DNA from: a virus | Lineage: Duplodnaviria > Caudoviricetes | DNA length: 61,199 nucleotides | Virus record (IMG/VR): IMGVR_UViG_3300032233_000543 | Coordinates: 1-61,199 of that record | Reading direction: 5' to 3' (one strand) | Shown: positions 58,261-61,199 of the stretch, in pieces | How the letters are laid out: every line of letters starts with the position of its first letter | Position numbering within the stretch: position 1 is the first letter of the stretch | Notes under the pieces: model-generated | What the model was told of the DNA's origin: nothing | What the model saw: only the letters and a program-made list of their open reading frames with translations | Databases searched by the model: none | Translations under genes and position numbers: made by a program

Positions 58261-59189
58261 TAGTAGCTACCACCAATGTACTGCTGTCTTGGCACAAACC
58301 TGACTGGGGCTTTCTCGCGGTCTTCGCCCGCCGCAATGTTAAATGTCTCGTCGTAAATCTGTTTGAGCATCTCAATACGGGGCATCAGCTCTGGGACTTT
58401 AATGGCAATATGGTACGCCAAGCCCGCTACCAAACAGGGTAGGAAGCGAAAGTTCATGTCGGCAGTCTGTACACCTGCGCCAGCGTCTTGAACACGTCTA
58501 AGGCGGTAGTAAACAAACTGATAGGGTATTGAGTTATCAGGTGTAGGCCAGAGCGTCACAGCTGGAAGCTGGGGTACAAACACTGCAGTGCTGTTGATAT
58601 GGGAAGCTGCAGTTGTATTATTTTGGCCACGGAACACCCCACCAAGCACATTGCCTGTGACGTAGGTGTAGTAAATGTCTTCTGAATCAAGGCGGATAAA
58701 GCCCGATCCAGCCAGTCCTACAACGCTGTTAAGCGTTATTGTGGTGTCCGTTGCCGTAATCGCGCCCACCAAGACCGAACTGGTTGGGTTAGTTTCGCCA
58801 GAGAGTCTTTGAATCCAGACTTGAATTGGTCGAGCTTGGCTAAGCTTGTTTGGAATAGTTGCATAAGTAGAAACGCTAATGCGTGAAATGGTTAAATCGG
58901 CCTGCGTAGAGGATGTATTTTGTCCAGTTCGGATCACATGTTCCATCAAATCAATAGTATCTAATGGCAACGCATAAGTTGCTAAACCCGGAGTCAGGTT
59001 AATAATACCCTGTTCCATCGTCCACATGTTGATACCCTTAGACTGCCACTCAATGGTCATCAAGTTCATGGAACGACGCGCTGTACGCAAGTCATAACCA
59101 GTACGCATCTCACGGCCAGCCCTCTCCCAAGCTTCCTCGGCTATCTCCGTGAAGTCCATATTGAATAGGGTTGAGCCGGTAGTGGTCAT
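58260..59189 (-). CDS. Putative head completion/adaptor protein
   Basis: EEAWERAG, TARRSMNL..EW, WPTPD and GLAY motifs. Confidence 0.7.
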   Translation of the reverse strand: MTTTGSTLFNMDFTEIAEEAWERAGREMRTGYDLRTARRSMNLMTIEWQSKGINMWTMEQGIINLTPGLATYALPLDTIDLMEHVIRTGQNTSSTQADLTISRISVSTYATIPNKLSQARPIQVWIQRLSGETNPTSSVLVGAITATDTTITLNSVVGLAGSGFIRLDSEDIYYTYVTGNVLGGVFRGQNNTTAASHINSTAVFVPQLPAVTLWPTPDNSIPYQFVYYRLRRVQDAGAGVQTADMNFRFLPCLVAGLAYHIAIKVPELMPRIEMLKQIYDETFNIAAGEDREKAPVRFVPRQQYIGGSY

Positions 59190-59419
59190 CTAAATCCTGC
59201 CGTTTTCTTTGCAATGGTTTTGGGTTGAGCCACAAACTGTTTACCAGCCGCCTTGCCCGCACGTTTGGCACGGGTTGTAGCTGCGTATTCTGATGGTGTT
59301 AACGACTTGATAGCTTTCTCAGGCAAATATCGCTCTCCCGTCTTGCTTGACGGCTTACCAGACTTAGTGCGCCATTTCTGGTCGCCCCAATCTTTAAGCG
59401 ATTTCTGAGGAGCTTTCAA
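59186..59419 (-). CDS. Small basic protein
   Basis: SLKDW..QKWRTKSG and GERYLP motifs. Confidence 0.7.
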   Translation of the reverse strand: MKAPQKSLKDWGDQKWRTKSGKPSSKTGERYLPEKAIKSLTPSEYAATTRAKRAGKAAGKQFVAQPKTIAKKTAGFR

Positions 59420-59691
59420 TCTTTGTAACCCCCACCAGCTTCTTTGTACTTCTTAGCAACAAGTTGCGCTTTTCTGGCTGACCATTGGCCTGCATTAGTA
59501 CCGTGGGTAGCTGCCGCTTTGACCTGAGACACAATCTTCTTGCGAAGACCGGGCTTGGTGTAGTTACCAGCAGCATTGACTTTACCGCCTTCAGCATACT
59601 GCGTGAAGTCAGTGTCGTCACGGCGGGCTTTCTTCTTCCCGCCGGGCATTTTACTGGGGGAGATGGCCCCCATACCACGGCTGGCCATCAT
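59416..59691 (-). CDS. Small basic protein
   Basis: NYTKP.LR, GQWSARKAQ and GGGYK motifs. Confidence 0.7.
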   Translation of the reverse strand: MMASRGMGAISPSKMPGGKKKARRDDTDFTQYAEGGKVNAAGNYTKPGLRKKIVSQVKAAATHGTNAGQWSARKAQLVAKKYKEAGGGYKD

Positions 59692-59694
59692 GAT

Positions 59695-60108
59695 TTAGCA
59701 GGCGTAGCCGCCCTTGTTCATCTTGACCATTGTGCCTTTGGTTTTGCCTTTAACAGCAATACCGTCTGGTGTTTTACCGGTTTTTACAGCGCCCATCTTA
59801 GATGGAGCCATGCCGCCTTTAGCAAGCTTGGTCATAGCAGCGCCTTTGTGCAAGCGGCCTTCGTGTTTGTTCACGGCCTTTTGCATCATCTTCTTGTCCA
59901 TCTTTACGTCTTTGTGGGCCATACCACCGTCTGCGTATCCACCCATGTTCATCTTTTTCATATCATCACCTTTTGAAAATTTACGGCCCTTGTCCGCGTT
60001 GGAGAATTCTTTGCCCACAGATTGTGGGACGCCTACTTTCTTGGCGAACGCTGGACTGTGAGCCACCGCCTCCATGAAATTGTGTTGTTTTTTAGAACTA
60101 CTCGGCAT
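59695..60108 (-). CDS. Basic K/M/G-rich protein
   Basis: MPSSSKKQHNFM; several xxGG motifs; DGIAVKGKTKG. Confidence 0.7.
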   Translation of the reverse strand: MPSSSKKQHNFMEAVAHSPAFAKKVGVPQSVGKEFSNADKGRKFSKGDDMKKMNMGGYADGGMAHKDVKMDKKMMQKAVNKHEGRLHKGAAMTKLAKGGMAPSKMGAVKTGKTPDGIAVKGKTKGTMVKMNKGGYAC

Positions 60109-60289
60109 TTTGCTTGCCTTTCCTACCTAACAAATTTTGAACTGTTTCGGTTTCCCAGATGCGGATGCCTGTCCACACAATCGTAAATATGGCGGCTACA
60201 GACGGCAACATTTCAACTAAGGTTCCTACAACAGTCATTATCGACAGTGCGTCGACAACATGCTTAGCGGTTTCGTGAGATTCGCTCAT
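60098..60289 (-). CDS. Small membrane protein, holin-like
   Basis: Hydrophobic segments; IRIWETETV. Confidence 0.6.
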   Translation of the reverse strand: MSESHETAKHVVDALSIMTVVGTLVEMLPSVAAIFTIVWTGIRIWETETVQNLLGRKGKQNAE

Positions 60290-60290
60290 T

Positions 60291-60536
60291 TCAGCAGTTC
60301 CACGCCCGCAGGCTCTTGTTGATACGTGAGTTTGGATCGTTGGCCGTCTTTGCGGAGGTCAACTTTTTCTTCATACCACTCATCCTTGCACAGAAGGAGT
60401 CGCGCCGTGAGCCGCCTTCCGGCTGGGGAGGTTTCAAGTTCATGCCTTGCGCTTTGGCAGAGGCTCGCCCCTTGGCGTTTAAACCGCCCTTCTCGGACTT
60501 GCCTTCTTTCCTCTGCCATGCTGGTGACTTAGCCAT
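60291..60536 (-). CDS. Small basic protein
   Basis: GGLNAKGR, SFCARM and LRAWNC motifs. Confidence 0.75.
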   Translation of the reverse strand: MAKSPAWQRKEGKSEKGGLNAKGRASAKAQGMNLKPPQPEGGSRRDSFCARMSGMKKKLTSAKTANDPNSRINKSLRAWNC

Positions 60537-61032
60537 AATAAATATTAGCAGAAGTTATGTTGGACATGCTCAAGTAGATACCGTTTTTAACCAGTATCCC
60601 CTCGCCGGGAATCAACGCAAAGTTACCAAATACATCGCCTGCGCCAATGTCATAACTAGCAAGCCACAAAGGTGCGTATGCGGCTACCGTTCCACCAGCA
60701 ATAGTCCCAGAGTTAATGTCTGTAACTGTAAATGTGTCTGCGCCTGTGCGTGTAATTGTGTAGTTACCGTTTGTGCCAGATGATCCGCTTGCGGTGGCAA
60801 AAGTAAGCCCGACTACATTCCCAGTAACCAAACCGTGGGCTACCTTTGTAACGGTAATAACCGCAGCAGTCCTTGCGTATGTGGCAGCAACGGGTGCTGT
60901 AGTTGTGTCAAAGATGTCCAGTGTTCCAGCCGTAGCTGTACCAACCAGAGAAACAGCTTTAAGCCTATTTCGACCTAAAACAACAAAACCAGAGTTGTTT
61001 AGGTGGCCCGATTTAACGTCAGTTTGCATCAT
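60529..61032 (-). CDS. Structural hypothetical protein
   Basis: QTDVK and IPGEGIL..GIY motifs; AGGAG RBS. Confidence 0.65.
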   Translation of the reverse strand: MMQTDVKSGHLNNSGFVVLGRNRLKAVSLVGTATAGTLDIFDTTTAPVAATYARTAAVITVTKVAHGLVTGNVVGLTFATASGSSGTNGNYTITRTGADTFTVTDINSGTIAGGTVAAYAPLWLASYDIGAGDVFGNFALIPGEGILVKNGIYLSMSNITSANIYYG

Positions 61033-61046
61033 AATCAATCTCCTTT

Positions 61047-61066
61047 AAAAACGGGGCCGAAGCCCC
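61047..61066 (-). terminator. Rho-independent terminator after the capsid module
   Basis: Minus strand reads GGGGC-TTCG-GCCCC-GTTTTT. Confidence 0.85.
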
Positions 61067-61075
61067 TTGGGTTGA

Positions 61076-61199
61076 TTAGGAATCTGCGAATGGTGTAGCA
61101 ACAGTGCCGGAACCAATAACGTTTCCAGTCACCATGTACTTGTCAGCAGCAATCGCCACAATCTGAATCCATGTGCCAGCAACACCGCCGGTAGTTGTA
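61076..61199 (-). CDS. 3' fragment of a structural gene, probably downstream of the capsid gene
   Basis: Open frame TTTGGVAGTWIQIVAIAADKYMV...ATPFADS*. Confidence 0.65.
   Translation of the reverse strand, partial: TTTGGVAGTWIQIVAIAADKYMVTGNVIGSGTVATPFADS

Noticed and set aside
1-61199. Stop-codon reassignment or terminal repeats
   Set aside because: Genes are intact in the standard code, and the window ends fall inside genes and do not overlap each other.

Overview
Near-complete (~61 kb) genome of a tailed dsDNA bacteriophage with podovirus-like organisation. The window opens on the first 47 nt of the major capsid gene and ends in the 3' end of a gene that probably follows it, so a short piece of the head module is missing. 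There are two divergent arms. The minus strand (1-7.9 kb and 29.9-61.2 kb) carries terminase, portal, GroES-like co-chaperonin, scaffold, head/tail proteins, duplicated tail-fibre modules, M15 endolysin with holin, and large ejection-type proteins. The plus strand (8.2-29.9 kb) carries early genes (Mor-like HTH regulator, MoxR AAA ATPase, HExxH-vWA protein, DUF3150-like) and replication genes (PolA, Cas4-like nuclease, SNF2 helicase, primase-helicase). I saw no integrase, tRNA, CRISPR array or reverse transcriptase. The most unusual signals are: (1) a control region at 8-10.4 kb with a consensus sigma70 promoter followed by an rRNA-operon-like hairpin-boxA-boxC leader and a ~320-nt structured non-coding segment; (2) a 22-bp co-oriented motif present 10 times, mostly at early-gene junctions; (3) an iteron-like TGTAAC array; (4) a recurrent hydrophobic-x-x-GG peptide motif shared by the portal, ejection proteins and small basic proteins; (5) repeated beta-clamp-type QxxLF motifs. 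All family assignments come from motif recognition by eye, not database searches.
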